DNA of 64,000 nucleotides from Obrimoposthia wandeli (lineage: Eukaryota): assembly GCA_977020255.1 (NCBI GenBank), contig CDROCS010000506.1, positions 1,922,001-1,986,000 of the forward strand, read 5' to 3'. Below the pieces are notes generated by a model. That model made no database searches. It was not told where the DNA came from and was given only the letters and a program-made list of their open reading frames with translations. Shown piece after piece: positions 10,394 to 22,162 of the stretch. Within the stretch, counting starts at the first letter, position 1; each line of letters begins with the position of its first letter. A program made the translations under genes and the position numbers.

Positions 10394-11725
10394 ATGTCTT
10401 CAATGACGCCAAGAGAAATCGTTTCTGAATTAGACCGCCACATTATCGGTCAACAAAATGCTAAACGCGCAGTAGCAATTGCCCTACGTAACCGCTGGCG
10501 CCGTATGCAGTTAGACCAAGAACTTCGTCAAGAAGTATCACCAAAAAATATTTTGATGATCGGTCCAACGGGTGTAGGTAAAACAGAGATCGCCCGTCGT
10601 TTAGCCAAATTAGCTAACGCACCGTTTATCAAAGTTGAAGCAACGAAATTTACTGAAATTGGTTATGTTGGTAAAGAAGTCGAGCAAATCATCAAAGATT
10701 TAACCGACGTTGCAGTAAAATTAACTCGTGAACAAGAAATGAAAAAATATCACGTTCGCGCTGAAGAAAATGCTGAAGATCGTGTGCTTGATGCCCTACT
10801 TCCTAACCCACGTAACAACTGGGGCGAAGAAGAAAAAGCCAGTAATGACAATACTCGTCAAATCTTCCGTAAGAAATTACGTGAAGGTAAATTAGATGAC
10901 AAAGAGATTGATATCGAACTTGCCGCACCACAAGTAGGCGTAGAAATAATGGCGCCTCCAGGTATGGAAGAGATGACCAATCAACTACAAGGCATGTTCC
11001 AAAATCTATCTGGCGGTTCTACGACTAAAGCGCGTAAGATGAAAGTCAAAGATGCATTAAAACAACTTGTTGAAGACGAAGCTGCGAAACTAGTTAATCC
11101 TGAAGAATTAAAAGAAAAAGCGATCTTCGCTGTAGAGAATAACGGCATCGTTTTCCTTGATGAAATTGATAAGATCTGTAAGCGCAGCGATTCAAATGAC
11201 GGCGGAGTATCACGCGAAGGTGTACAACGTGATTTATTACCGCTTATCGAAGGTTCAACTGTCACGACAAAACATGGCATGGTGAAAACAGATCACATTC
11301 TATTCATCGCATCAGGCGCTTTCCAAGTAGCAAAGCCGTCAGATCTGATCCCTGAGTTACAAGGGCGTCTGCCAATCCGCGTTGAATTAGATGCATTAAA
11401 AGCAGAAGATTTTGTGCGTATCCTGACAGAACCAAAAGCGTCATTAACAGAACAATATGTAGCGATGCTAAAAACGGAAGGCGTCAACGTCGATTTCACC
11501 CAAGAAGGTATCGATGCAATTGCGAATGCAGCTTGGAACGTTAACGAGAAGACTGAAAACATCGGAGCACGTCGTTTACACACCGTAATGGAACGTTTAA
11601 TGGAAGAAATTTCATTTGATGCATCAGAAAAAGATGGCGAAAACCTACTGGTTGACGGCGATTACGTTGGTAAGTATCTTGACGAATTAGTTGAAGATGA
11701 AGATCTAAGTCGCTACATTCTTTAA
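10394..11725 (+). CDS. hslU: ATP-dependent protease ATPase subunit HslU
   Basis: [13 protein letters not shown] and [10 protein letters not shown] motifs. Confidence 0.97.
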   Translation: MSSMTPREIVSELDRHIIGQQNAKRAVAIALRNRWRRMQLDQELRQEVSPKNILMIGPTGVGKTEIARRLAKLANAPFIKVEATKFTEIGYVGKEVEQIIKDLTDVAVKLTREQEMKKYHVRAEENAEDRVLDALLPNPRNNWGEEEKASNDNTRQIFRKKLREGKLDDKEIDIELAAPQVGVEIMAPPGMEEMTNQLQGMFQNLSGGSTTKARKMKVKDALKQLVEDEAAKLVNPEELKEKAIFAVENNGIVFLDEIDKICKRSDSNDGGVSREGVQRDLLPLIEGSTVTTKHGMVKTDHILFIASGAFQVAKPSDLIPELQGRLPIRVELDALKAEDFVRILTEPKASLTEQYVAMLKTEGVNVDFTQEGIDAIANAAWNVNEKTENIGARRLHTVMERLMEEISFDASEKDGENLLVDGDYVGKYLDELVEDEDLSRYIL

Positions 11726-11761
11726 TTTATTCATAATCCAATGCGGTAAATTAAAATAAAC

Positions 11762-11790
11762 AAAAAAGGCGCTTATCATAAGCGCCTTTT
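11762..11790. terminator. Bidirectional terminator after hslU
   Basis: AAAAAAGGCGCTTA-T-CATAAGCGCCTTTT region forms a hairpin with A and T tails. Confidence 0.85.
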
Positions 11791-11808
11791 AGTTATGCGG
11801 TAAAGATA

Positions 11809-11934
11809 CTAGCGTCTTTGTAACAAGACACTGTAAGTTGTCTCTATCGGTTTTAGCTTTTCGGTAATTTGACACCAGTGGCAACGAGTCCGTCGTAGCG
11901 AGTTAAGTTTTTTCTTCAGTCGAGTGCGTTTCAT
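11809..11934 (-). CDS. Putative 41-aa basic small protein with CHWC motif
   Basis: Manual translation MKRTRLKKKLNSLRRTRCHWCQITEKLKPIETTYSVLLQRR*; AAGGGG RBS; ends just before the bidirectional terminator. Confidence 0.5.
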   Translation of the reverse strand: MKRTRLKKKLNSLRRTRCHWCQITEKLKPIETTYSVLLQRR

Positions 11935-12223
11935 TAGTAGCCCCTTTGATTGCCGAGATATAGTGTCAAAAATTTCCGATTATCAATTCAATAAGACTAG
12001 TTTAGCTTTCAATAATAACCAACCTAAATTAACGCTAATTATCACTATTTACCGCTAAATGGCTTTAGTTCACAATAATCGAATAGGCAATCGCTGCAAT
12101 ATCACGATTGTTTTTTGATGCTAAACATATTTACAGCTAGTTAAGTCACCATTTTATTAATTAAATTATGGTAGTCTAGTAATAGATATTCACCACTAAA
12201 ATTAACAAGAAGCTCCTGCAACC

Positions 12224-13249
12224 ATGTCCAGCAAATACCCATGTGTCGAATTTGATAATCCGTATAACTTAACCACTGAATCACAACTTGCAGATCGATA
12301 TCATGATGAAATTGCAACATTTTGGGATGCCACGATTATCGAAGATACACTGCAAGGTGTTGATAATATAACGCTGCGTTACGCATCTGCAGTGATGGAT
12401 ACAACGGGTCCTGCAATAGTACTGCTAGGGGGGCGTTCTGAATCTTATCAAAAATTTCGCGAACTGATTTATGATCTTTGCCAACAAGGTTACTCAGTAT
12501 ATTGCTTAGATCATCGTGGCCAAGGTATGTCAGACAGATTATTAAAAAATCTGCATAAAGGCCATGTCGAACATTTCCGTGATTACGTCACCGATTTAAA
12601 ATTATTTATCGATAAAGTCATCAGCCCTACCCAACACAGTAAACAATATTTATTGTGTCATTCGATGGGTGGCGCAATTGGTAGTTTATACTTACAAAGC
12701 TACCACCATGACTTTGATGCAGCAGTACTTGCATCGCCTATGTTTGGGATAAACTTCGGCCAAATACCACGCCCTATTGCCAATGTTTATAGCCGAGCGA
12801 TGCAGATAGTGAACAAGATCATTCATACCGAATCATTTTACGCGCCCGGTAAAGGCGATTTTGCGCATTCTCCATTTGAAGCGAACCAACTAACGCACAG
12901 TCCCTTACGTTTTGACATATTCCGCCGTAGTTATGGTTTTTACCCACAGACGCAATTAGGTGGTCCAACGATTAACTGGCTACAGCAAAGCATTAAAGCT
13001 TGCCGCCGTGCGATCCAATATGCCGGACATATAAAAACACCAACGTTAGTCTTGCAAGCAGGTGGTGATGAAGTTGTACTTGCCGATGCACAAAAACAGT
13101 TTTGCCGCGCATTAAGCCATGAACATAATCAGCATCAACCCGCTGAGCCTGTTTTGATCCCTGGCGCAGCACATGAATTATTCTTAGAAACGGATATTTT
13201 TAGGATCCCAGCGCTCACAGTGGCATTAAATTATTTTGCCAAATATTGA
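12224..13249 (+). CDS. pldB: Lysophospholipase L2-like alpha/beta hydrolase
   Basis: DHRGQGMS, HSMGG nucleophile elbow and GAAHELFLE; adjacent to a Cof-type HAD as in pldB-yigL. Confidence 0.85.
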   Translation: MSSKYPCVEFDNPYNLTTESQLADRYHDEIATFWDATIIEDTLQGVDNITLRYASAVMDTTGPAIVLLGGRSESYQKFRELIYDLCQQGYSVYCLDHRGQGMSDRLLKNLHKGHVEHFRDYVTDLKLFIDKVISPTQHSKQYLLCHSMGGAIGSLYLQSYHHDFDAAVLASPMFGINFGQIPRPIANVYSRAMQIVNKIIHTESFYAPGKGDFAHSPFEANQLTHSPLRFDIFRRSYGFYPQTQLGGPTINWLQQSIKACRRAIQYAGHIKTPTLVLQAGGDEVVLADAQKQFCRALSHEHNQHQPAEPVLIPGAAHELFLETDIFRIPALTVALNYFAKY

Positions 13250-13316
13250 GTACATACTACGGACAGTTTCACGACAAGCATTACGCTAGATACACGCAGT
13301 AAATATTGAGGTTAAG

Positions 13317-14108
13317 ATGTATAAAGTTATCGTTTCTGATTTAGATGGTACGTTACTGACACCTGCACATATTGTCTCAGAACAGACCAAAGTAACTATT
13401 CACAAGTTACTTAAACAAGGTAAAAAATTCATCATCGCAACCGGCCGTCATAATGTCGATGTTGAAGCAATTAGAAAAACGATTGATGCTGAAGTCTATC
13501 TCATCACTTCAAACGGGGCTAGAGTTCACAACAATAAAGGTGAATTGATCTACAGTAAAAATGTGCCCGTAGAGATAGCACAAACGATCACAGAGATTGT
13601 GTTACCTGAGACAATTCAAACCAATATTTACCGTGATAACGAATGGTTTGTCGACAAGCCAAATCCAGAGATCCTTAGCTTTAGTCAAGACTCTACATTT
13701 AGCTATCAAGTTACCGACCTCACTAAATTAGAAAAAGCTGGCATCGCCAAATTCTTCTTCTGCGGCCCACATGAAGATCTCGTTATCTTAGCAGCACAAA
13801 TTAACGCACAGCACAGCGCCCAACTTAATGTGTCATTCTCATTGCCAGAATGCTTAGAAGTCATGGACATTAATGTCAACAAGGCTCTCGCATTGACTGA
13901 AGTACTCAAAATCAAAGGCTTCACAATGGCAGAAACTATCGCATTTGGTGACGGTATGAATGATATCGAAATGCTGCAAGCAGTTGATAAAGGATTAATG
14001 ATGGGAAATGCTTCCGACATGCTTAAAGCAGCACTACCCGATTTTGAAATGATCGGCAGTTCTGCTGAAGATGGCGTCGCCCACTATATAGAAAAAAATA
14101 TATTGTAG
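13317..14108 (+). CDS. Cof-type HAD phosphatase (YigL-like)
   Basis: DLDGTLL, ATGR, NGA and FGDGMNDIEML motifs. Confidence 0.9.
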   Translation: MYKVIVSDLDGTLLTPAHIVSEQTKVTIHKLLKQGKKFIIATGRHNVDVEAIRKTIDAEVYLITSNGARVHNNKGELIYSKNVPVEIAQTITEIVLPETIQTNIYRDNEWFVDKPNPEILSFSQDSTFSYQVTDLTKLEKAGIAKFFFCGPHEDLVILAAQINAQHSAQLNVSFSLPECLEVMDINVNKALALTEVLKIKGFTMAETIAFGDGMNDIEMLQAVDKGLMMGNASDMLKAALPDFEMIGSSAEDGVAHYIEKNIL

Positions 14109-14210
14109 TTACTCACGAGCAACCGCATAATAATGAATTAGTTACTTAGAAAGGATTCCACAGTAACTAATTCAAAATGTTTTAATCTCTCTCGATATCA
14201 AGGATGAATT

Positions 14211-15794
14211 ATGCTTCGAGTTATGACCTATTTCTGCCTCTTTTTAATCACAGGTTGTGTTCAACAACAGCACCAATCAATCGTCAGTAACAGTCCTTAT
14301 TCTATCGCTAGTAGTAAGCAACTACCCGATACGATGCCTGTAATTCAATCATCAACGTCAACAGTGAATACACGAGAAAATATCTCTATCGTACCAGCGA
14401 AATATTCTAATTTCAGCGGTATAGTGACCATAACAGCGCAGCAACGTACTATGCGTTTATGCCATACAGATCAAGTATTCAACCTTCAACCGAATGATCA
14501 TCTAATCACTCAAATCAAACGCTTAAATCAAGCAACTGCCTATATTGAATTTGAAGGGCAAATAAACCAATCTCTCAATCCATTGCATCAACGTGCGATT
14601 ATCAGTGTTGAAGAGCTACATTATTTATCTGGCCAAAAGGAAAATAGCTGTAGACCCCAGAGTTCACAACCAAACTTTGAGATAAGTGGTTCACAACCAG
14701 ATTGGACTGGTTATGCTCAAGAAAACCAGTTTACATTCATAATCAAAGATTTAAATAGTAAATGGACAATTAAAAGAAGTGCTATTACCAAAGGCTTACG
14801 CGCATTCGTGGAAACTAAGAATAGCGAAGGTGAACAATTAGACCTGTCTTTCACTGGTAACGGTTGTATCGATAGCAGTAATAATTACTGGCAGTATGAA
14901 ACCAAGTTATATTTAAAGGACAAACAAATAACAGGCTGTGGTAAATATCCAAATCAGCACGATGATACGCAGGCTTGGCTAGGTCATTATCGTTACAAAA
15001 ATGACAATGTAACCATTGAACTAAACTTGGCCAAGCATCAACGAGCGAATGTGAAATACCAATATAGCAATGGCAACATTCAGACTAGTAGTGGTTACTG
15101 GCACCTATATGGTTCATCTGGACTAAAATTATTACTCACCCAACATCAAGGTAATAAAGCCAACGTAGTTTATCACTTTCGACGTGATGGCGTCAGACTA
15201 CAGGCTGGTCAGCAATGGCGAGATAACCAAAAATATAGTTTTAATGGCGCACTATTAACGCTCGATAGGATGACCGATGAGGTTGAATTAGCGTCATTTA
15301 CCACCGTTAATATTAATGATACAGCGCGTGAATTTCAGGCCCAAAATATCATTTCACCGAGAATAAGCACACCTGCAATCAACAATGCCATCAAGCGCTA
15401 TTTTGCCATGCATAAAACCAAAACAGACAATAGCAAATATTGGTTTAGTGAATATGATTTAAATGATAACGGTCGCAAAGATTTGCTCGTCATGCTCGAT
15501 TGGTGTGAAGGAGAAGGCTGTGTATTATTAGTTTTTGAAAAAGACTTAAACAGTTATAAATTTATTAGCCGTATAGCACAAGTAAAAGCGCCACTACAGA
15601 TAAGTAAAACGAAACAACATCAATGGCAGAGTATATTGATAAAAAACAAGCAGCAGTGGCTACAGCTCGATTTTGATGGTATTAGCTATCCCCCATCGGC
15701 AAAAACCAACCAATTAGTTACGGAGACAAATTTCACTGAGGTTAAATTATTCACCACGGCGTTAACTGAGGATAATGCTATCGCAATAGAATAA
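14211..15794 (+). CDS. Multidomain hypothetical lipoprotein
   Basis: Signal peptide with lipobox ITGC; Cys-paired modules; C-terminal DLNDNGRKD motif. Confidence 0.7.
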   Translation: MLRVMTYFCLFLITGCVQQQHQSIVSNSPYSIASSKQLPDTMPVIQSSTSTVNTRENISIVPAKYSNFSGIVTITAQQRTMRLCHTDQVFNLQPNDHLITQIKRLNQATAYIEFEGQINQSLNPLHQRAIISVEELHYLSGQKENSCRPQSSQPNFEISGSQPDWTGYAQENQFTFIIKDLNSKWTIKRSAITKGLRAFVETKNSEGEQLDLSFTGNGCIDSSNNYWQYETKLYLKDKQITGCGKYPNQHDDTQAWLGHYRYKNDNVTIELNLAKHQRANVKYQYSNGNIQTSSGYWHLYGSSGLKLLLTQHQGNKANVVYHFRRDGVRLQAGQQWRDNQKYSFNGALLTLDRMTDEVELASFTTVNINDTAREFQAQNIISPRISTPAINNAIKRYFAMHKTKTDNSKYWFSEYDLNDNGRKDLLVMLDWCEGEGCVLLVFEKDLNSYKFISRIAQVKAPLQISKTKQHQWQSILIKNKQQWLQLDFDGISYPPSAKTNQLVTETNFTEVKLFTTALTEDNAIAIE

Positions 15795-15896
15795 ATACAA
15801 AAAACGGAAAACACAGCTGCTAATTTATCTCTGCAGCCTCATTTTCCGTTTTGGTCGTGAAGGTTATTTTATTATCTAGCTTATCAATTTTTTAAG

Positions 15897-17087
15897 TTAG
15901 ACAAACTGACCACAGCTCCAGCCAGAAGACCAAGCCCACTGAAAATTATATCCGCCCAACCAACCACTTACATCCATCACTTCACCAATAAAGTATAGAC
16001 CAGGGGCTTTTTTAGCTTCCATGGTTTTCGATGATAATTCATTAGTATCAACACCACCGAGCGTAACCTCAGCAGTACGATAACCTTCCGTGCCGTTCGG
16101 CTTCACTTGCCAGTTATGTAATAATGTTGAAATATCATTAAGATCTTTATGCTGTAATTGCTTAAGCGTGCACTCAGGTAATAATTCATCAGCGTAAAAT
16201 ATCTCAACTAAACGTTTTGGTAATACACGTGCTAACGCTGTCTTTAGCGCTTGATTCGGACTCGACGCTGTCATTGCAGCGAGTGTTTCTGTTATCTCTG
16301 AATCTGGCAGTAGATTGATACTAACCGCTTCACCAGGGTTCCAATAAGATGATACCTGTAATACTGATGGACCAGAAAGGCCGCGATGGGTAAACAACAA
16401 CGCTTCTTTAAAACTAACACCTGATTCAGTGGTAATACGCACAGGTAAACTCACACCGGATAGATCAGCATATTTATCTTTATCATGCTGCTGTAAAGTA
16501 AAAGGAACCAGACCCGCTTTCGTCGCATTGACTTGCAAGCCAAACTGCTCGGCAATCTTATAACCATAAGGTGTGGCGCCAAGTTTTGGCATAGAGAGTC
16601 CGCCAGTAGCAATAACTAAGGATGCACAATTCAACGCACCTTGACTCGTTTGCAAATGGTAACGACCGTCATCTGTTTTTTCAATAGACAGGATTTCAGT
16701 ACGTAACTGAATTTTCACTCCAGCCCAATCACATTCAGTATTCAGCATATCAACAATATCTTTTGCTGAATCATCACAGAATAACTGACCATGTTCACGC
16801 TCATGATAAGCAATACCATGACGCTCTACCATTTCAATAAAGTTCCAAGCGGTATAACGGCTTAACGCAGATTTGACGAAATGGGGATTAGAACAAATGA
16901 AGGCACTTGTCGAAAGATCATTATTAGTAAAATTACAACGTCCACCGCCACTAATAAGGACTTTACGACCCGCTTTCTTGGCATTATCGAGAACCAATAC
17001 AGAGCGACCTCGGTAACCAGCACTCGCTGCACACATTAATCCAGCTGCACCAGCACCAATTACAATCACATCACAACTTTGGCTCAT
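15897..17087 (-). CDS. yhiN: HI0933/YhiN (BaiN-like) flavoprotein
   Basis: GAGAAG, SGGGRCNFTN, FTHRGLSGP and GGYNFQWAWSSG motifs; start set at MSQSC (GAGG RBS). Confidence 0.9.
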   Translation of the reverse strand: MSQSCDVIVIGAGAAGLMCAASAGYRGRSVLVLDNAKKAGRKVLISGGGRCNFTNNDLSTSAFICSNPHFVKSALSRYTAWNFIEMVERHGIAYHEREHGQLFCDDSAKDIVDMLNTECDWAGVKIQLRTEILSIEKTDDGRYHLQTSQGALNCASLVIATGGLSMPKLGATPYGYKIAEQFGLQVNATKAGLVPFTLQQHDKDKYADLSGVSLPVRITTESGVSFKEALLFTHRGLSGPSVLQVSSYWNPGEAVSINLLPDSEITETLAAMTASSPNQALKTALARVLPKRLVEIFYADELLPECTLKQLQHKDLNDISTLLHNWQVKPNGTEGYRTAEVTLGGVDTNELSSKTMEAKKAPGLYFIGEVMDVSGWLGGYNFQWAWSSGWSCGQFV

Positions 17088-17200
17088 CAAAGACCTCTTA
17101 TTTAATAGCAGAAATAAACTACAATACAAAAATGGAGCCGCAGAATAGCATTAATTATCCAGATACCCAAACGACTTCACCGCCTATACCAACTGATTTA

Positions 17201-17596
17201 TTATGCCTTGTTAATACGTTCTTCCACTTCTGGCTCTAAATAAGCCATTTCATTCAAATCTTCAGCCCAATCATGTTTTTCAGCTAGTACTCGTAACATA
17301 CGGATCGCTGTAACTTGTACAATAGCAACTTCAGACCACATCGATTTATTCAAGCAACGCCAATGATCAGCATCAATACGCTTAGGGTTATTAAGCTGTT
17401 CACTGCAGGTATCACAAATGAGAATACAATCATCAAAATCAGGACTTGTCGGTACTGGCGCAACTTCAAAAATATTCAGTTTTACGCCTGATGCATCGCA
17501 TGTCTCACAGTGCGAACGCGCGCGTCGAGCTAGGTTTTTACCGAATGCACTTAATTCATCTTTTCTATTTTGATGTTTATCTAAGCCTTTAGCCAT
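17201..17596 (-). CDS. PhnA-like zinc-ribbon protein (N-terminal-type domain only)
   Basis: CETC...CDTC and HWRCLNKSMWSEV; likely ATG at 17596. Confidence 0.65.
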   Translation of the reverse strand: MAKGLDKHQNRKDELSAFGKNLARRARSHCETCDASGVKLNIFEVAPVPTSPDFDDCILICDTCSEQLNNPKRIDADHWRCLNKSMWSEVAIVQVTAIRMLRVLAEKHDWAEDLNEMAYLEPEVEERINKA

Positions 17597-17706
17597 AATG
17601 TCCAATTCCTATATATTTAAACTGTGTTGAAAATACGTTTATTTGCCATGAATAGCAAACCCAAGCGGTAATAAAAAAGACGATAAAATATCACTGGTTT
17701 AAATAC

Positions 17707-17735
17707 TTCATAGATGACGGGGCGATTGCTATAAT
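17707..17735 (+). promoter_or_regulatory. Sigma70 promoter of serC
   Basis: TTCATA-17-TATAAT with extended TG at 17727-17728. Confidence 0.6.
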
Positions 17736-17773
17736 CCTTGTAAATGGATAGCACTTTAGTAAAGGAATAACGA

Positions 17774-18898
17774 ATGATCCCAACAATTAAACCTCATAAC
17801 CCTAACTTTTCATCAGGCCCTTGTAGTAAGCGCCCTGGTTATGAGTTAACGCAACTCGACATTACCACGCTTGGTCGTTCACACCGCTCTGACATAGGTA
17901 AAGCAGCACTACAGCAAGCCATTGAACAGACAAAATCCTTGTTAAAGATCCCAGCTGATTACAAGGTAGGTATCGTTCCAGCTTCAGATACAGGTGCAAT
18001 GGAAATGATGTTGTGGTCATTACTAGGTGAAAGACCTGTCGATGTTTGCTACTGGGAATCATTTGGTAAAGGTTGGTTTAGTGACATTAAAAATCAGTTA
18101 AAGCTTAACAATGTAAATGCATTAACTGCAGATTACGGCCAACTACCCGACCTAACACAGACCAATCCAGATCATGATATTGTATTTACTTGGAACGGGA
18201 CGACCTCTGGCGTAAAAGTAGCAAATGCTGACTGGATAAGCGATACACGCAGTGGCTTAACTATTTGTGACGCTACATCGGCGGTATTCGCGATGCCAGT
18301 GGATTGGGATAAGCTAGATGTAACAACCTTTAGCTGGCAAAAAGTATTAGGCGGAGAAGGTGCTCACGGCATGATTATCCTCAGCCCTGCTGCAGTGGCG
18401 CGTTTAGAATCATATACACCGCCTTGGCCCCTGCCTAAAATTTTCCGATTAACACAAAATGGTAAATTAATTGATGGCATATTTACTGGGGCTACGATCA
18501 ATACCCCATCGATGTTGTGCGTCGCAGATTATTTAGATGCGTTAAATTGGATAACTGAAATCGGTGGCGTTGACGCTGCAATTGAGCGTTCTGAGAATAA
18601 CTTAGCGATCATAAGCAATTTTGTTAGCCAACATCACTGGATTGATTTTCTTGCTGATAAAATTGAATATCGTTCTAATACCAGCGTATGTTTACGTTTA
18701 TCATTGAATGACAAACAATTGAAAGCGTTTGGTAAGTTACTCGCTGATCAACAAGTCGCCTATGACATCAATTCATATAAAGACGCCCCATCAGGATTAC
18801 GTATATGGTGTGGTGCGACAGTTGAAGCTAGTAATGTAGAGTTATTATTACCTTGGCTTTCATGGGCATATGAAAGCGTTAAAGAAATTACAGAATAG
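17774..18898 (+). CDS. serC: Phosphoserine aminotransferase, Methanosarcina/alphaproteobacterial type
   Basis: [39 protein letters not shown] and GLRIWCG motifs. Confidence 0.88.
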   Translation: MIPTIKPHNPNFSSGPCSKRPGYELTQLDITTLGRSHRSDIGKAALQQAIEQTKSLLKIPADYKVGIVPASDTGAMEMMLWSLLGERPVDVCYWESFGKGWFSDIKNQLKLNNVNALTADYGQLPDLTQTNPDHDIVFTWNGTTSGVKVANADWISDTRSGLTICDATSAVFAMPVDWDKLDVTTFSWQKVLGGEGAHGMIILSPAAVARLESYTPPWPLPKIFRLTQNGKLIDGIFTGATINTPSMLCVADYLDALNWITEIGGVDAAIERSENNLAIISNFVSQHHWIDFLADKIEYRSNTSVCLRLSLNDKQLKAFGKLLADQQVAYDINSYKDAPSGLRIWCGATVEASNVELLLPWLSWAYESVKEITE

Positions 18899-18931
18899 GT
18901 ATAGTGGTATTTTTACGTCACCATAAAACAC

Positions 18932-18994
18932 AAAAACCAGCCGTAGGCTGGTTTTTTAGATACAAAAAAGCCGATATCATCACTGATATCGGCT
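18932..18994. terminator. Two tandem terminators between serC and the rrn 3' end
   Basis: AAAAACCAGCC-GTA-GGCTGGTTTTTT (18932-18957) and AAAAAAGCCGATATCA-TCAC-TGATATCGGCT (18964-18994). Confidence 0.85.
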
Positions 18995-19007
18995 AATTCT
19001 AATTTGG

Positions 19008-19126
19008 CGCTTGGCGATGCCCTACTCTCACATGGGGAAGCCCCACACTACCATCGGCGTTATTACGTTTCACTACTGAGTTCGGAATGGAATCAGGTGG
19101 TACCGCAACACTATGGTCACCAAGCA
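19008..19126 (-). rRNA. rrf: 5S rRNA
   Basis: Reverse complement reads TGCTTGGTGACCATAG...CCGAACTCAG...GAGAGTAGG...CCAAGC; ends approximate. Confidence 0.95.
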
Positions 19127-19261
19127 AATCTGGTTTGCTTTCTATAGAAGTTTTCACTTCGTTTTAATCTGAAAAGCTATAAATAAAGAAGTCTTTAAAA
19201 CATAAAGTGTTCAATCTATTCTTAAGTCGATTATTTCAATTAATCATACTTTAATTTGTAT

Positions 19262-19396
19262 GGTTAAGCCTCACGGGTAATTAGTACAAGTTAGCTCAAT
19301 GCCTCACAGCACTTACACACCTTGCCTATCAACGTTGTAGTCTCCAACGGCCCTTTAGGGAGCTTAAAGCTCCAGTGAGAACTCATCTCGAGGCCT

Positions 19397-19427
<31 letters not shown>

Positions 19428-19596
19428 AGTTCCGAACTTAGCTACCGGGCAATGCTATTGGCATAACAACCCGAACACCAGTGGTTCGTCCACTCCGGTC
19501 CTCTCGTACTAGGAGCAGCTCCTCTCAATTCTCAAACGCCCACGGCAGATAGGGACCGAACTGTCTCACGACGTTCTAAACCCAGCTCGCGTACCA

Positions 19597-19629
<33 letters not shown>

Positions 19630-19631
19630 AA

Positions 19632-19674
<43 letters not shown>

Positions 19675-19703
19675 ACCGCCGTCGATATGAACTCTTGGGC
19701 GGT

Positions 19704-19759
<56 letters not shown>

Positions 19760-19880
19760 AGAACCACCGGATCACTAAGACCTACTTTCGTACCTGCTCG
19801 ACGTGTCTGTCTCGCAGTTAAGCTGGCTTATGCCTTTGCACTAACCACATGATGTCCAACCATGTTTAGCCAACCTTCGT

Positions 19881-19923
<43 letters not shown>

Positions 19924-20181
19924 ACCCACCAGACACTGTCCGCAATCCCGATAAGGGACCTACGTTAGAACATCAAACGTACAAGGGTGGTATTTCAAGG
20001 TAGACTCCACATCATCTAGCGACAATGTTTCACAGTCTCCCACCTATCCTACACATGTAGGTTCAATGTTCAGTGCCAAGCTATAGTAAAGGTTCACGGG
20101 GTCTTTCCGTCTAGCCGCGGGTACACTGCATCTTAACAGCGATTTCAATTTCACTGAGTCTCGGGTGGAGACAGCGTGGCC

Positions 20182-20279
<98 letters not shown>

Positions 20280-22162
20280 CATGAGCTTCGACCTAAGTCT
20301 AACCCAATCAATTAACCTTCCGGCACCGGGCAGGCGTCACACCGTATACGTCATCTTTCGATTTTGCACAGTGCTGTGTTTTTAATAAACAGTTGCAGCC
20401 ACCATTTCTCTGCGACCAACAATAGCTTACGGAGCAAGTCCTTCACCATCATTGGCGTACCTTCTCCCGAAGTTACGGTACCATTTTGCCTAGTTCCTTC
20501 ACCCGAGTTCTCTCAAGCGCCTTAGTATTCTCTACCTAACCACCTGTGTCGGTTTGGGGTACGATTCTCTCATATCTGAAGCTTAGAGGTTTTTCCTGGA
20601 AGCCGGGTATCAACTACTTCATCTCCGTGGAGACTCGTCATCAGTTCTCAGCATTCTCACTAAAGAGAGCGACCCGGATTTGCCTAAGTCACTTGCCTAC
20701 TACCTTAAACATGGACAACCATCGCCATGCTAGCCTAACCTTCTCCGTCACCCCATCGCAATATAAGCGAGTACTGGAATATTAACCAGTTTCCCATCGA
20801 CTACGCCTTTCGGCCTCGCCTTAGGAGTCGACTCACCCTGCCCCGATTAACGTTGGACAGGAACCCTTGGTCTTTCGGCGTGGAGGTTTTTCACCCCCAT
20901 TATCGTTACTCATGTCAACATTCGCACTTCTGATACCTCCAGCAAGCTTCTCAACTCACCTTCAACGGCTTACAGAACGCTCCTCTACCATGCAAAGAAC
21001 AAGTCTTTGCATCCGTAGCTTCGGTGGTATGTTTAGCCCCGTTAAATCTTCCGCGCAGACCGACTCGACCAGTGAGCTATTACGCTTTCTTTAAAAGATG
21101 GCTGCTTCTAAGCCAACTTCCTGGCTGTCTGAGCCTTTCCACATCGTTTCCCACTTAACATACACTTTGGGACCTTAGCTGACGGTCTGGGTTGTTTCCC
21201 TTTCCACGACGGACGTTAGCACCCGCCGTGTGTCTCCCGCGATTGAACTTATTGGTATTCGGAGTTTGCAAAGGGTTGGTAAGTCGGGATGACCCCCTAG
21301 CCTTAACAGTGCTCTACCCCCAATAGTTAGACGCGAGGCGCTACCTAAATAGCTTTCGAGGAGAACCAGCTATCTCCCGGTTTGATTGGCCTTTCACCCC
21401 CAGCCACAAGTCATCCGCTAATTTTTCAACATTAGTCGGTTCGGTCCTCCAGTTGATGTTACTCAACCTTCAACCTGCCCATGGCTAGATCACCGGGTTT
21501 CGGGTCTAATCCCAGCAACTATTCGCGCAGTTAACACTCGGTTTCCCTACGGCTCCGCTATTCGCTTAACCTTGCTACTGAAATTAAGTCGTTGACCCAT
21601 TATACAAAAGGTACGCAGTCACAGAACAAGTCTGCTCCCACTGCTTGTACGTATACGGTTTCAGGTTCTATTTCACTCCCCTCACAGGGGTTCTTTTCGC
21701 CTTTCCCTCACGGTACTGGTTCACTATCGGTCAGTCAGTAGTATTTAGCCTTGGAAGATGGTCCTCCCATATTCAAACAGCATATCACGTGTGCCGTCCT
21801 ACTCGATTTCACAGTAAGGTCGTTTTCATGTACGGGACTATCACCCTGTATCGTGAAACTTTCCAGATTCTTCCATTAACTTCCAAACTGCTTAAGGGCT
21901 AGACCCCGTTCGCTCGCCGCTACTAAGGGTATCTCTATTGATTTCTTTTCCTCGGGGTACTTAGATGTTTCAGTTCTCCCGGTTCGCTTCGTTAAGCTAT
22001 GTATTCACTTAACGATACCTTACTTAGTAAGGTGGGTTCCCCCATTCGGAAATCTGTGGATTAACGCTTTTTATCAACTCCCCACAGCTTAACGCAGATT
22101 AACACGTCCTTCATCGCCTCTGACTGCCTAGGCATCCACCGTATACGCTTAGTCACTTAACC
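19262..22162 (-). rRNA. rrl: 23S rRNA
   Basis: Complementary ends GGTTAAG/TTAACC and conserved core sequences; about 2.9 kb. Confidence 0.97.

Noticed and set aside
14134-14174. Inverted repeat TGAATTAGTTACT-N15-AGTAACTAATTCA before the lipoprotein gene
   Set aside because: Most simply an ordinary 3' stem of the HAD transcript; nothing else supports a special role
19262-22162. Intervening sequence in 23S rRNA
   Set aside because: Length of about 2.9 kb is normal
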